A stretch of DNA of 64,000 nt. It comes from Thermoanaerobaculia bacterium. GTDB lineage: Bacteria > Acidobacteriota > Thermoanaerobaculia > Gp7-AA8. Within the stretch, counting starts at the first letter, position 1, and each line of letters begins with the position of its first letter. Shown here piece after piece: positions 42,285 through 52,617 of the stretch. The stretch covers positions 69,423 to 133,422 of the forward strand of contig DASPHZ010000002.1 in NCBI GenBank assembly GCA_035629395.1, read 5' to 3'. The notes beneath the pieces are model-generated. The model searched no databases and had not been told where the DNA came from. It worked only from the letters and a program-made list of their open reading frames with translations. The position numbers and the translations under genes were made by a program.

Positions 42285-44438
42285 GTGCGCCGCGCAGCCG
42301 CTTCAGCCGCCATCTTCTTCTTCCTCGCCGCCGCCGCGTTTCACGACTACAAGCTCGAGGAGCTCGACGTCACCATCCGCGATGCCGTCGCGGAGCAACG
42401 CCTTCCGGGTGGAGTGCTGCTCGTCGAGCATGACGGCGAGCGGTATCTGCGCGCGTACGGCAAACGTGCGCTCGTGCCGCGCGTCGAGCGGATGACGACG
42501 GACACGATCTTCGACGCGGCCTCGATCACGAAGGTCGTGGCCACGGCGCCGTCGATCTGGTTGCTGATCGAGCGCGGGAAGCTGCAGCTCGATCAGCGCG
42601 TGCAGACGGTGCTGCCGGAGTTCGGCGATGCCGAGGTGACGGTGCGGCATCTGCTCACGCACACGTCGGGATTGCGGCCGGGCATCGACGGCGGCGGGTG
42701 GAGCGGGTACGACGAAGGCGTGCGCCGCGCGCTCGCGGAGACGCCGCGCAATCGTCCCGGCGCGATCTTCCGCTACTCCGACGTCAACTACATTCTCCTC
42801 GGCGAGATCGTCCGCCGCGTTTCCGGCGAGCCGCTCGACCTGTTCGCGAAGAAGAACGTGTTCGCGCCACTGGGGATGCGCGATACCCGTTTTCGTCCGG
42901 CGCAAAGCAGCCGCATCGCGCCGACCGAGGACGGGCTGCGCGGGGTCGTGCACGATCCCACCTCGCGCGCGATGGGTGGCGTGGCGGGACACGCCGGGAT
43001 GTTCACGACGGCCGAGGATCTGGCGAAGTTCGCGCGGGCCGTATTGCGAGGCAATGTGTTTCCGCGCGCGATGACGGAGGTGCAGTCGCCGGACGCGGTG
43101 GCCATCCAGCGCGCGGGCGGGTTCGACGTCGACTCCGCGTATGCGCGTCCGCGCGGCGATCTCTTTCCGCATGGCTCGTTCGGCCACACCGGCTGGACGG
43201 GAGGCTTTCTCTGGATCGATCCGTCGTCGAAGACGTTCTACGTCTTCCTCTCGAATCGCGTGCATCCGGACGGCAAAGGGAACGTCATCGCCCTGCAGCG
43301 CCGCCTCGGCACGCTCGTCGCGGAGTCCCTGCAAGGGCACTCGTTCGTGCCGCCGAAGCGCCGCGTCAGTCTCGTCACCGGCGGCGGCGACGCGCAGAAC
43401 GGCATCGACGTCCTCCACGCGAGCCGGTATGCGGCGCTGCAGGGGATGCGCATCGGCGTGATCACGAATCACAGCGGCATCGACCGCGTCGGCAATCCGA
43501 CCGTCGATCTGCTGCGCAGCGCGCCGGGTGTGACGCTCGCGGCGATCTTCTCGCCCGAGCACGGCCTGTTCGGCACGGAAGACCACGAGAACGTCACGAA
43601 CACGAGCTATCACGGCATACCGGTGTTCAGCCTCTACGACAAATCGCGCGCGCCGACGCGCGAAGAGCTCGCGAATCTCGACGCGCTCGTCTTCGACATC
43701 CAGGACATCGGCACGCGCTTCTACACGTACATCTCCACGATGGGCATGGCCATGGAAGCGGCCGCGGAGTCGAAGAAGAAGTTCATCGTGCTCGATCGCG
43801 TGAATCCCATCGGCGGCGACCTCGTCGAAGGCCCCGTTCTCGAAGGACCGCAGCACTTCACCGGCTGGCATCCGCTGCCGGTGCGTCACGGCAAAACGGT
43901 GGGCGAGCTCGCGCGGCTGTTCCGCGACGAGCGGAAGATCGACGTCGACGTGACGGTGATCGAGGTGAAGGGGTGGAAGCGCGAGCAGTGGCAGGACGAG
44001 GCGGGACTGCCGTGGGTCGACACGTCGCCGAACATGCGCTCGCTGCAGGCGGCTGGTTTGTATCCGGGACTGGGCCTGCTCGAGCGCGCCGTCTCCGTCG
44101 GCCGCGGCACCGGCACGCCGTTCGAGATCCTTGGTGCACCATACATCGACGGCGCCGTGCTCGCGCGCGAGCTGCACGGATTCCCCGGCGTTGCCTTCAC
44201 GCCCGTGCGCTTCACTCCGACCGCGAGCGTGCACAAAGGGGAAGAGTGTGGAGGCGTGCGCGTGACGATCACCGATCGGCGCGCGTTACGCTCCGTCACG
44301 CTCGGTCTCACCATCGCCTCCACGCTGCGGCGGTTGTACGGGGAGAAGTTTCCGGTCGACGAAATCCAGCCGCTGCTGCGGCATGCGGCGACGCTCGAGC
44401 AGATTCGTAACGGAACCTCATTCCCCATTCGTCCGTAG
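42285..44438 (+). CDS. Serine hydrolase (AmiE/beta-lactamase-like) fused to exo-beta-N-acetylmuramidase NamZ (DUF1343)
   Basis: SITK, LLTHTSG, YSD, GHTGWTG; then ITNHSG, FSPEHG, FDIQDIGTRFYTY, SPNM. Confidence 0.92.
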   Translation: MRRAAASAAIFFFLAAAAFHDYKLEELDVTIRDAVAEQRLPGGVLLVEHDGERYLRAYGKRALVPRVERMTTDTIFDAASITKVVATAPSIWLLIERGKLQLDQRVQTVLPEFGDAEVTVRHLLTHTSGLRPGIDGGGWSGYDEGVRRALAETPRNRPGAIFRYSDVNYILLGEIVRRVSGEPLDLFAKKNVFAPLGMRDTRFRPAQSSRIAPTEDGLRGVVHDPTSRAMGGVAGHAGMFTTAEDLAKFARAVLRGNVFPRAMTEVQSPDAVAIQRAGGFDVDSAYARPRGDLFPHGSFGHTGWTGGFLWIDPSSKTFYVFLSNRVHPDGKGNVIALQRRLGTLVAESLQGHSFVPPKRRVSLVTGGGDAQNGIDVLHASRYAALQGMRIGVITNHSGIDRVGNPTVDLLRSAPGVTLAAIFSPEHGLFGTEDHENVTNTSYHGIPVFSLYDKSRAPTREELANLDALVFDIQDIGTRFYTYISTMGMAMEAAAESKKKFIVLDRVNPIGGDLVEGPVLEGPQHFTGWHPLPVRHGKTVGELARLFRDERKIDVDVTVIEVKGWKREQWQDEAGLPWVDTSPNMRSLQAAGLYPGLGLLERAVSVGRGTGTPFEILGAPYIDGAVLARELHGFPGVAFTPVRFTPTASVHKGEECGGVRVTITDRRALRSVTLGLTIASTLRRLYGEKFPVDEIQPLLRHAATLEQIRNGTSFPIRP

Positions 44439-44448
44439 ATCCATCGAC

Positions 44449-47400
44449 ATGCCCAACGCACTCGCAGTGCTCGTCCTCGCCGCCACGCTTTCCTCCCCGA
44501 AGCTGCTGACGGGCCCCACGGTGCAACTGCAACTGCGCGACGGCGACGCGATCACCATGCCCGCGCCGCGCGCGCAGAAAGGGCCGCGTCCGCGCATCGT
44601 CGAGTTCCGCGAGGCACCGGGCATCGCGCGCGGGACGACGTTCGAGCGCTTCCGCAAGGACGCCGCCGCGGCATCGCGGCTCGCGACGCATGGCGGTGCC
44701 CGCATCTGGATCCCCGCGCCGAAGCACGAGTTTCATCGCACGTTCCGCGGCGTCGCCGTCACGCTCGACGACGCGTCCGCCGAAGCGGTGCGCAGCTTCG
44801 CGTACGTGAAGGCGGTGCACGAGGACACGGAGATGCGCACGTTCGCGGAAGACACGACCCGCATCACGCGCCTCGGCGTCGATCGCGTGTGGTCCGAACT
44901 GAAAACGCGCGGCGAAGGGATCACCGTGGCGGTGCTCGACACCGGCGTCGACTACAACCATCCCGCGCTCGCCGGCAAGGTGACGAAGGGCTTCGACTGG
45001 ATCACCCACGACGAGGATCCGATCGACGAGCACGGCCACGGCACACATGTCGCCGGCATCATCGCCGGCGACACCGAAGACGTGCGCGGCGTCGCGCCGG
45101 GCGCGCAGATCCTCGCGCATCGCGTGCTCGACCAGTACGGACGCGGCTCGTCGTCCGGCATCATCGCGGCGATCGAGGCGTCGTTCGATCCGAACTACGA
45201 CGGCGATTTCTCCGATCGCGCCGACATCATCAATCTCTCCCTCGGCGGCGACGGCGATGCCGACTCGCCGACGTCGATCGCGGTCGACAACGCGGTGCGC
45301 GCGGGTGTGGTGGTCATGCTCGCCGCGGGCAACACGCCCGGCGGTCAGTCGATCGGTTCGCCCGCCGCGTCGCGCCTCGGCATCACCGTCGGCAACGCGG
45401 GTCCGGACGACCGCATGCACTTCACGTCGTCGAGCGGTCCGTCGTTTCCGGAGCTGACGCTCAAGCCGGAGATCGCCGCGCCGGGAGAGTCGATCCGTTC
45501 GGCGAAGCTCGGCGGCGGCACGCTCGTCGCGAGCGGCACGTCGATGGCCGCACCGCACGCGGCCGGCGTGGCGGCGCTGCTCCTCGCGCTGCATCCCGAC
45601 TGGAAGCCGGAAGACGTGAAGGCCGCGCTCATCGCGAGCGCGAAGCAGAACGACGCCGACGAAGTGATGCGGCAGGGCGCGGGACGTATCGACGCGTACG
45701 CCGCCGCGCTCGCGTCGAGCGCGATCTCGCCCGCGGTGGTGACGTTCGGCCGCAGCGCGTCGGCCAGGGCCTGGTCGTCGACGAGCACGGTGCGGATCAC
45801 GAACCGCAGCAGCGAGGACCGCACGTTCCGCGTGAATGCGATCGTGCCGAAAGGTGTGCGCGTCGTCGCGGATCCGGTGGCGTTCGGACTCGAAGCGGGC
45901 GGCTCGCGCGACGTGGTGCTCAGCGCGAGCATCGACGGCGAGGCCGACGCGTCGTCGATGACGATGTCCCTCGGCGGCCGCATCGAGTTCGCCGCCGGCG
46001 ACGCGACCGTGCACGTGCCGTGGATCGCGATCCAGGGGGCGCTGGCCACGGTCACGAACGCACGACCTTCGACCGTCGTCTGGGGCTGCGATCAGACGTC
46101 GGCCATCGCGCGAGAGAACGTGAACGGCGATTACGTCGCGCTGCTCCCGTACCGCGATTGCGGCGTGGTGGTGATGGGCCACGCCGCGGCGATCAGGCTC
46201 CTCGTGCAGTCGCATCAGGTCGCGCACGATCTGCAGCTCGACGGCAATCTCGACCGCGGAGCACCCTTCGAGGTGAAACTGCGCGGCGCCGGTCCCGAAG
46301 GCACCTTGCTCGCCGACCGCGCCGACGAGACGGGCTCGTATCAGGCGTCGTACCGCTTCGATTTTCCGCGCCTGGCGTTCCGCACGATCGCCATGACGAC
46401 CGTGGACGCGGCGCCGATCTATCTGAGCGCGCTGCGGGAGGACGTCACGATCTCGACGGGCGAGGCGCTGTTGGATGTGGCGAACAGGCGCCTCGTGTCC
46501 CTGCAGCATCCGGCGTTGCACGGGCTCGACTCAGCGGAGACCCTGACCTCGCCGTCCGGCGATCTGCGGCACGCGCGCGTGCAGGTGCCGGCGATGCCGG
46601 GGATGACTCTGCAGGGCCTGGCCGTGCCGTTCGTCGCCGACTATGGCGCGTTCGCCTACGTGCCGGGCGGCTCCACGGTCCCTCTGGACCAGGGTTGGAC
46701 GGGCGACGTCTACGTCACCCGCGAGCGCGACACGCCCCCGACCATCGCCACGGCACTGTTCATCGGCCGCGAGGTCCCGGGCGCCCTGAGGGCGATGTCG
46801 CGGGCGTTCCGCGCCATCGACGGCCGCATCCTCACGTCCAGCGACGTGACGCCGGCGCCGCACGCGTACGGCGTGGACGAAGGAGGAACGCTCACCCTCT
46901 TCGGGCGTCCGCGCTTCGCGGGCACGTACGTCGACGCGCTCGCGACCAGTCTGTTCGCGTACGTTTCGTTCTACGGGAGCGCGGACGAGTTCGACTTCGC
47001 GTCGGGCGCCGGGCTTTCGTACAAGCTCATGGACGGCAGCGGGCGCGTGCTGACCGAAGGTGTCACGGATTACGTGGTGGGCGGCGACTTCGGGCATCGC
47101 GGTGCGTATCGCCTCGAGGTCACCAGTTCGCGCGCGCAGATCGCGACGACGTTCGACACGTCGCGCACCGACTACAACCCGCCGACGCTTTCCTCGATGC
47201 GGTTCGAGGGCGGCACCGTGCGCTTCTCGGTCGCGGACATGCAGCTCGGCGAAGACTGGATCGTGCGCGAGGGGGGCACGCTGCAGAGCGCGAAGCTTTC
47301 GTGGCGCAACGGCGCCGGCCCGTGGCAGGAAGTGCCGGTGACGCAGCTCTTCGTCGACCGCGGCACGTACGAGGACATCGGCCACAACCCGACCGGCGTG

Positions 47401-47538
47401 CATTTCGAGGGGGACGTGCCGGAGAGCGGCCACATCGACCTGCGGTACGAGATGGTGGATACGAGCGGGAACACGTCGGTCGTGACGCTGAACGACATTC
47501 ATGGTGCGGCAATGAAGGGGCGCGCCGTGCGGCACTGA
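44449..47538 (+). CDS. Secreted S8 subtilase with long C-terminal extension
   Basis: VLDTG, HGTHVAG, SGTSMAAPH catalytic triad; ends KGRAVRH. Confidence 0.93.
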   Translation: MPNALAVLVLAATLSSPKLLTGPTVQLQLRDGDAITMPAPRAQKGPRPRIVEFREAPGIARGTTFERFRKDAAAASRLATHGGARIWIPAPKHEFHRTFRGVAVTLDDASAEAVRSFAYVKAVHEDTEMRTFAEDTTRITRLGVDRVWSELKTRGEGITVAVLDTGVDYNHPALAGKVTKGFDWITHDEDPIDEHGHGTHVAGIIAGDTEDVRGVAPGAQILAHRVLDQYGRGSSSGIIAAIEASFDPNYDGDFSDRADIINLSLGGDGDADSPTSIAVDNAVRAGVVVMLAAGNTPGGQSIGSPAASRLGITVGNAGPDDRMHFTSSSGPSFPELTLKPEIAAPGESIRSAKLGGGTLVASGTSMAAPHAAGVAALLLALHPDWKPEDVKAALIASAKQNDADEVMRQGAGRIDAYAAALASSAISPAVVTFGRSASARAWSSTSTVRITNRSSEDRTFRVNAIVPKGVRVVADPVAFGLEAGGSRDVVLSASIDGEADASSMTMSLGGRIEFAAGDATVHVPWIAIQGALATVTNARPSTVVWGCDQTSAIARENVNGDYVALLPYRDCGVVVMGHAAAIRLLVQSHQVAHDLQLDGNLDRGAPFEVKLRGAGPEGTLLADRADETGSYQASYRFDFPRLAFRTIAMTTVDAAPIYLSALREDVTISTGEALLDVANRRLVSLQHPALHGLDSAETLTSPSGDLRHARVQVPAMPGMTLQGLAVPFVADYGAFAYVPGGSTVPLDQGWTGDVYVTRERDTPPTIATALFIGREVPGALRAMSRAFRAIDGRILTSSDVTPAPHAYGVDEGGTLTLFGRPRFAGTYVDALATSLFAYVSFYGSADEFDFASGAGLSYKLMDGSGRVLTEGVTDYVVGGDFGHRGAYRLEVTSSRAQIATTFDTSRTDYNPPTLSSMRFEGGTVRFSVADMQLGEDWIVREGGTLQSAKLSWRNGAGPWQEVPVTQLFVDRGTYEDIGHNPTGVHFEGDVPESGHIDLRYEMVDTSGNTSVVTLNDIHGAAMKGRAVRH

Positions 47539-47551
47539 CTCCGAGACGCCG

Positions 47552-50542
47552 TTACAGCGCTGCCTCGACCGCATCCACTACGTCGAACGGTGAAGTCCCC
47601 ACCTCGGCCAGATCGCGCTCGTGCTGCTGGCGCTCGACGGGCGGCACGGGCGTTCCGAGCCGCGTGCGCAGCGCCGCGGCGGCGCCGAGGAGGCGCGGGT
47701 CGCGGCGCAATCCGCCTAATGCTTCGAGCACAGACGCGCTGCGCCAGCGGTCGCCGAGCTCCCAGTGCAGGCGCAGCGAATCCTGCAGGATCGACTCCGC
47801 CCGCCACAGTTCATTACGCGCGCGCAGCACGTATCCGAGGAGATTGAGCGACCAGGCGATGCCTTCCTTGAACCCGCCGGCGCGCGACCAGGAGAGACAT
47901 TCGTCGAGCCGCTCCTCCGCGCGATCGAACCTCCCCGAATACAGCGACGCGGCCGCGAGATTCAGCAGCGACCACGCCACGCCTTCGGTATCGCGGCGCT
48001 CGCGGAACAGTTGCAGTGTCGCCTCGCACAACTCGAACGTGCGCGCGAAATCGCGATTGAGCCACGACGCGAACGCCACGTAGTTCAACGCGCGGCCCGC
48101 GTTCGCCCGGTCCTCGAGCTCGAGCCATAGCGTGCGCGAGAACTGGTGCAGGTCGATGGCGTACTCGTATTCGCCGCGCTCGCGCGCGATCGAGCCGCGG
48201 AACTGCGCGGCGCGCGCGAGACTCATCGGGTCGCCGTGTTTTTTCGCCAGCGCGATGGACGACTCGAGCAGCTCGATGGCCTTGTCGTAATCGCACTGCA
48301 GGAACGCGAGCGCGCCCGCGCCGGCCTGCGCCTTCGCGCGCACCGGCACCTGCTCGCCCCTCGGCATCGCCAGGATGGCGTCGAGCGCGTGGCGCCCTTC
48401 CGCGTACTGCCCGCGCACATACCACGTCCACCACAATGCGGCGCCGAGGCGCAGCGCGAGCTCGACATCCTGCGACTTCGTCGCGTACTCGATCGCGGTG
48501 CGGAAGTTGTCGCCATCACATGCGAGCCGCTCGACGTCCAGCTCGTTCTCTTCCGCGATCGACATCATCAGCGTCGCATGCGCCCGCCGCACCTCGGCAT
48601 CGCGACTCGATTCGCGCAGCAGCTCGAGCCCGTATTCGCGGATCGTTTCGAGCATCGTGAAGCGTGGCGCGTCGTCGGTCGACGCGGGATCGCGGCGCAG
48701 GAACGCTTTGTCCATGAGCGACGAAACGCCGTCCACGACGTCGTCGCTGCGCGGCGCCTGAAGCCTCTCCGCCTGTTCGAGCGTAAACCCGCCGCGAAAC
48801 ACGGAGAGTGCGGCGAACAACGCCTTCTCCGAATCGTCCAGCAGGTTGTATCCCCACGAGATCGCGGCGCGCATCGTCTGCTGCCGTTCGGGGAGATCGC
48901 GCGAGCCGCCGCTGAGCAGCTTCAAGCGATTGTCGACGCGCGCGAGCATCGCCTGCGGCGGGAGCACTTTCACGCGCGCGGCCGCGAGCTCGATCGCGAG
49001 CGGGAGTCCGTCGAGACGCACGCACAGTTCCGCGATCGCCTGCGCGTTGTCGACCGTGAGTTTGAAATCGCTCTTCACCGCGGACGCGCGGTCGACGAAC
49101 AGCGCCACCGACGCATACGCCTTGAGCGCCTCGGGTGCGAGCGGCAGATCGAGCGGGGGCGTGGTGAGCGGCGGCACCGCGTATTCGCGCTCGCCGCGGA
49201 TGCGCAGCGGCGCGCGGCTCGTGGCGATGGCTTTGACGCGCGGCGCGGCCGCGAGGATCTCGGCGATGAACGGCGCGGCGTCGAGCACCTGCTCGAAATT
49301 GTCGAGGATGAGCAGCAGCGATTTCTCGCGCAACGCGTTCTTCAGCACCTCGAGCTGCGACGCACCACCTTCGTGCACGTCGAACAGCGCCGCGATCTCG
49401 GAGACGACGAGACGCGCGTCGCGAATCGCGTCGAGCGAGACCCACCACACACCGTCGTCCATCGAGCGCAGCATCTCCGCGCCGGCCGCGAGGCCCAGTC
49501 GCGTTTTGCCCGTGCCGCCGGGACCGGTGAGCGTGACGACGCGCGTGTCGTCGCGGCGGAGGAGCGAGATCACGTCGTCGCGTTCCCCGTCGCGGCCGAC
49601 GAGCGGCGGCAATTTCAGTGGCAGGTTCGTCGGCACGGACGTCTCGATCGGCACCGACTCGGTCGTGGCAACGCGCGTCGCCATCGGATCGGTCGTGCTG
49701 TCGCGCCCGACCTCGCCTTCGAGCGCCTGCAGCTCTTCGAGCAGATCGCGCGCGCTCTGGTAGCGTTGCGCGCGATCCTTCTTCAGCAGACGCGTGACGA
49801 TCGCCGCGAGCTTCGCCGGCACCGGAGCGCCGTTCGCACGCACGAGCAGCGGCGGCTCGGTGCGCAGGATCGCGGCCGCGATATCCGAGGAGCTTTCGCC
49901 CTCGAACGGGAGGCTCCCGCTGACCAGCTCATACAGCAGCACGCCGACACTCCACAGATCGCTGCGCGTATCGAGCGGCCGTCCGCGCAACTGCTCCGGC
50001 GACATGTAGAACACCGTGCCGCGCACGACGTACGGATCGGTCTTTTTCACGTCCGGCGCGGATGCGGTGACGTTGCGCGCGAGACCGAAGTCGAGCAGCT
50101 TCACGTAGCCGTCGCGGCGCAGCATGATGTTGTCCGGCTTGATGTCGCGATGCACGAGCCCCGCGGCTTCCGCGGCAGCGAGCGCGGACGCGATCTGCAG
50201 CGCCAGGTCGACCACTTCGTGCAGAGAGGCGGATGCGCGCAGCATCCGCTGACGCAGCGTCACGCCGTCGACGTACTCCGTGGCGATGAAGTGCGCATCG
50301 TCGAGCCGGCCGATGTCGTAGACCGTGAGGATGTTCGGATGATTCAGGGCGGACGCCGCGCGTGCCTCGTATTCGAGTCTTTTCTGCAGCTCCTCGTCGT
50401 TGCGCGCCGCGGCGCCGAGGATCTTGAGGGCCACGGGACGCTGCAGTTGCTCGTCGTGCGCGAGATAAACCTCCCCCATCCCACCGGCGCCGATGAGCGA
50501 GCGAATCTCGTAACGTCCGAGGCGAGAGCCGGGCAGGAGCAT
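47552..50542 (-). CDS. Ser/Thr kinase - NB-ARC/STAND-like ATPase - TPR protein
   Basis: GAGGMGEV, HRDIKPDN, DFG; GPGGTGKT, LLILDNFEQ, LDGLPLAIELAA; C-terminal TPRs. Confidence 0.93.
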   Translation of the reverse strand: MLLPGSRLGRYEIRSLIGAGGMGEVYLAHDEQLQRPVALKILGAAARNDEELQKRLEYEARAASALNHPNILTVYDIGRLDDAHFIATEYVDGVTLRQRMLRASASLHEVVDLALQIASALAAAEAAGLVHRDIKPDNIMLRRDGYVKLLDFGLARNVTASAPDVKKTDPYVVRGTVFYMSPEQLRGRPLDTRSDLWSVGVLLYELVSGSLPFEGESSSDIAAAILRTEPPLLVRANGAPVPAKLAAIVTRLLKKDRAQRYQSARDLLEELQALEGEVGRDSTTDPMATRVATTESVPIETSVPTNLPLKLPPLVGRDGERDDVISLLRRDDTRVVTLTGPGGTGKTRLGLAAGAEMLRSMDDGVWWVSLDAIRDARLVVSEIAALFDVHEGGASQLEVLKNALREKSLLLILDNFEQVLDAAPFIAEILAAAPRVKAIATSRAPLRIRGEREYAVPPLTTPPLDLPLAPEALKAYASVALFVDRASAVKSDFKLTVDNAQAIAELCVRLDGLPLAIELAAARVKVLPPQAMLARVDNRLKLLSGGSRDLPERQQTMRAAISWGYNLLDDSEKALFAALSVFRGGFTLEQAERLQAPRSDDVVDGVSSLMDKAFLRRDPASTDDAPRFTMLETIREYGLELLRESSRDAEVRRAHATLMMSIAEENELDVERLACDGDNFRTAIEYATKSQDVELALRLGAALWWTWYVRGQYAEGRHALDAILAMPRGEQVPVRAKAQAGAGALAFLQCDYDKAIELLESSIALAKKHGDPMSLARAAQFRGSIARERGEYEYAIDLHQFSRTLWLELEDRANAGRALNYVAFASWLNRDFARTFELCEATLQLFRERRDTEGVAWSLLNLAAASLYSGRFDRAEERLDECLSWSRAGGFKEGIAWSLNLLGYVLRARNELWRAESILQDSLRLHWELGDRWRSASVLEALGGLRRDPRLLGAAAALRTRLGTPVPPVERQQHERDLAEVGTSPFDVVDAVEAAL

Positions 50543-50592
50543 GTGCGGGAGTCGAATTGTAATCGTTCGCCCACGTCACGTTCCCGCAACAG

Positions 50593-50665
50593 CTGACCGA
50601 TTGTTCTTGCCTGCTGACCCTTGTTCTGGTTCACTGACCAGCCGTTCAGCGTGCTGAACCAGTCC
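50593..50665 (+). promoter_or_regulatory. Putative TetR operator array
   Basis: CTGACC-N3/4-GTTC motifs at 50593, 50614, 50634 and a CTGAACC variant at 50654, about 20-21 bp periodic. Confidence 0.55.
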
Positions 50666-50672
50666 GGATCGC

Positions 50673-51314
50673 ATGGTCACCACAAAATCGAAAGAAGAAG
50701 TCGTTCAGGAGTATCGCATCCAGTCGATCCAGGAGGCGACCATGCGCGTGATCGCGCGCAAGGGAATGGCCGCCGCGACGATGCAGGAGATCGCCGAGGA
50801 GGCGGGCGTCGCCAAAGGGACGATCTACCTCTACTTCCGCGACCGCGACGAGCTCGTCGAGAAGACGTTCGAGAGCGCGATGTGCCAGTTGCGCGAACAG
50901 ATCGACGAGGTCCTCGACCGCGAGGCGCCGTTCGACGAGAAGATCCGCGCCGTCATGGCGGCGCAGCTCGCGTTCTTTGCGAACAACCGCGAGTTTTTCC
51001 GCCTCTATCTGTCATTGCGCATGCCGGACGGCACGGCCGTCCGCCAGCGGCGGCAGAAGCGGACCTGTCATCCGCAGTATCGCGATCGCGTGCAGAAGTT
51101 CGCGAACGTGCTGCAGCGCGCGATGGAACGCGGCGAGATCCGCGAAGTCGATCCTTACCGCATGGCGTTGTTCATCATCGAGGGAAGTACGGCAATCATC
51201 ATCGAACGCCTCACCGAAGACGCCTCGCCGTCGCCGGACGGGGAGGTGGAGTTCATCACCGGACTCATTCTCGACGGCGTTCGGAAACGGAGTGCAATTG
51301 AAACGAGCAAGTAG
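50673..51314 (+). CDS. TetR/AcrR family regulator
   Basis: TMQEIAEEAGVAKGTIYLYF HTH. Confidence 0.95.
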   Translation: MVTTKSKEEVVQEYRIQSIQEATMRVIARKGMAAATMQEIAEEAGVAKGTIYLYFRDRDELVEKTFESAMCQLREQIDEVLDREAPFDEKIRAVMAAQLAFFANNREFFRLYLSLRMPDGTAVRQRRQKRTCHPQYRDRVQKFANVLQRAMERGEIREVDPYRMALFIIEGSTAIIIERLTEDASPSPDGEVEFITGLILDGVRKRSAIETSK

Positions 51315-52617
51315 TGCAGTACTCATCGCGCTTCTCGCGTCGGCGGCGCCCGGCCATGCGCAGGCGCCGGCCGGGACGCCGGCGGCCCAGACGAAGCTGA
51401 CGTTCGACGGCGCGTTGCGCCGGGCGCTCGAGGTCAACACGACCATCGAGCGTGCGCGTGAAGAGATCGGCGTGGCGGAGGCGAATCGCAGTTTCCTGCT
51501 GTCCGCGGTCATGCCGCGCATCGGGCTGAACGGCGACCTCACGCGCAACAGCATCGAGCAGACGTTCGGCGAAGGTCCGGAAGCGATCGCGATCCTGCCG
51601 CAGAACGACTGGGCGTACCGCGTGACGCTGTCGCAGCCGATCTACGCCGGACGCCGCGAGCTGCGCGCGTACTCGCAGGCGAAGATCGGCATCGAGAACG
51701 CGCGCGAAGGCACGCGGGCGACCGAGGATCAGACGCTGCTGCGGGTCTCCTCGAATTACCTCGCGGTCGTCAATGCCGATCGCCGCGTCGAAGTCGAGCT
51801 CCGCAACATCGAGCTCGCCGAGCGCCGTCTCACGCAGGCCCGCGCGTTCTACGAAGCGGGCGAAGTGACGAAGGTCGACGTGTTTCGCGCGGAGACCGCG
51901 CAGAAGGCCGCGCAGCGCCTGCTCGCCGTGGCGGAGCAGCAGCGCGAACATGCGGTCGCCCAGTTGCGCACCGATCTCGACATCGACGGCGACATCACGG
52001 TCGAAGCGCCGGCGCGCGAGCTGCCGCCGCTGCCCGCGGAAGGAGAGCTGATCGCGCGCGCGACGACCTCGCGCGCCGACATCGACATCGCCGAGAACAA
52101 CGTCCGCATCGCCGAGCTCGAAGTGCAGAAGCAGCGCGGCTTCTGGTTCCCCACCATCCGCTTCAACGGCGGCTACATCCAGCAGCGCACGCCGTTCCCC
52201 GCGAACTCGTACGCGTACGGCGGCCTGAACTTCGACGTCCCCATCTTCCAGGCGGGCGAAGTGCAGGCGCGCGTCGCCGGTGCGAAGAGCCGCGAGCGGC
52301 AGGCCGAGTCGTCGCTCGAAGAAGCGAAACTGGTCGCGCGCGAAGACGTGCGCCGCGCGCTCGCGGACCTGCAGTCGGCCGAGCGTGGCCTGCAGCTCGC
52401 GAGCGAGCAGATCCAGGCCGCGCAGGCCGAATACGAGCAGGCCTTCGAGCTCTATCGCGCCCAGGAAGCGACGTCGCTCGACGTCGCCACGTCGGAGGCC
52501 TCGCTCGCGGATGCGCGCCGCGCGGTCGCCGAAGAAACTCTCAATCTCGATCTTGCCCGCCTGCGCGTGTGGTACGCCGCGGGCGCCATCAAAGAAGCTG
52601 TCGGAGTGACGAAATGA
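51298..52617 (+). CDS. TolC-family outer membrane efflux protein
   Basis: TTG start after GGAG; LTFDGALRRAL, QPIYAG, FYEAGEVTKVD, VPIFQAG. Confidence 0.88.
   Translation: MKRASSAVLIALLASAAPGHAQAPAGTPAAQTKLTFDGALRRALEVNTTIERAREEIGVAEANRSFLLSAVMPRIGLNGDLTRNSIEQTFGEGPEAIAILPQNDWAYRVTLSQPIYAGRRELRAYSQAKIGIENAREGTRATEDQTLLRVSSNYLAVVNADRRVEVELRNIELAERRLTQARAFYEAGEVTKVDVFRAETAQKAAQRLLAVAEQQREHAVAQLRTDLDIDGDITVEAPARELPPLPAEGELIARATTSRADIDIAENNVRIAELEVQKQRGFWFPTIRFNGGYIQQRTPFPANSYAYGGLNFDVPIFQAGEVQARVAGAKSRERQAESSLEEAKLVAREDVRRALADLQSAERGLQLASEQIQAAQAEYEQAFELYRAQEATSLDVATSEASLADARRAVAEETLNLDLARLRVWYAAGAIKEAVGVTK

Noticed and set aside
44889-48083. 1064-aa + strand ORF overlapping the subtilase
   Set aside because: Arg/Gly-rich alternate frame of the S8 gene.
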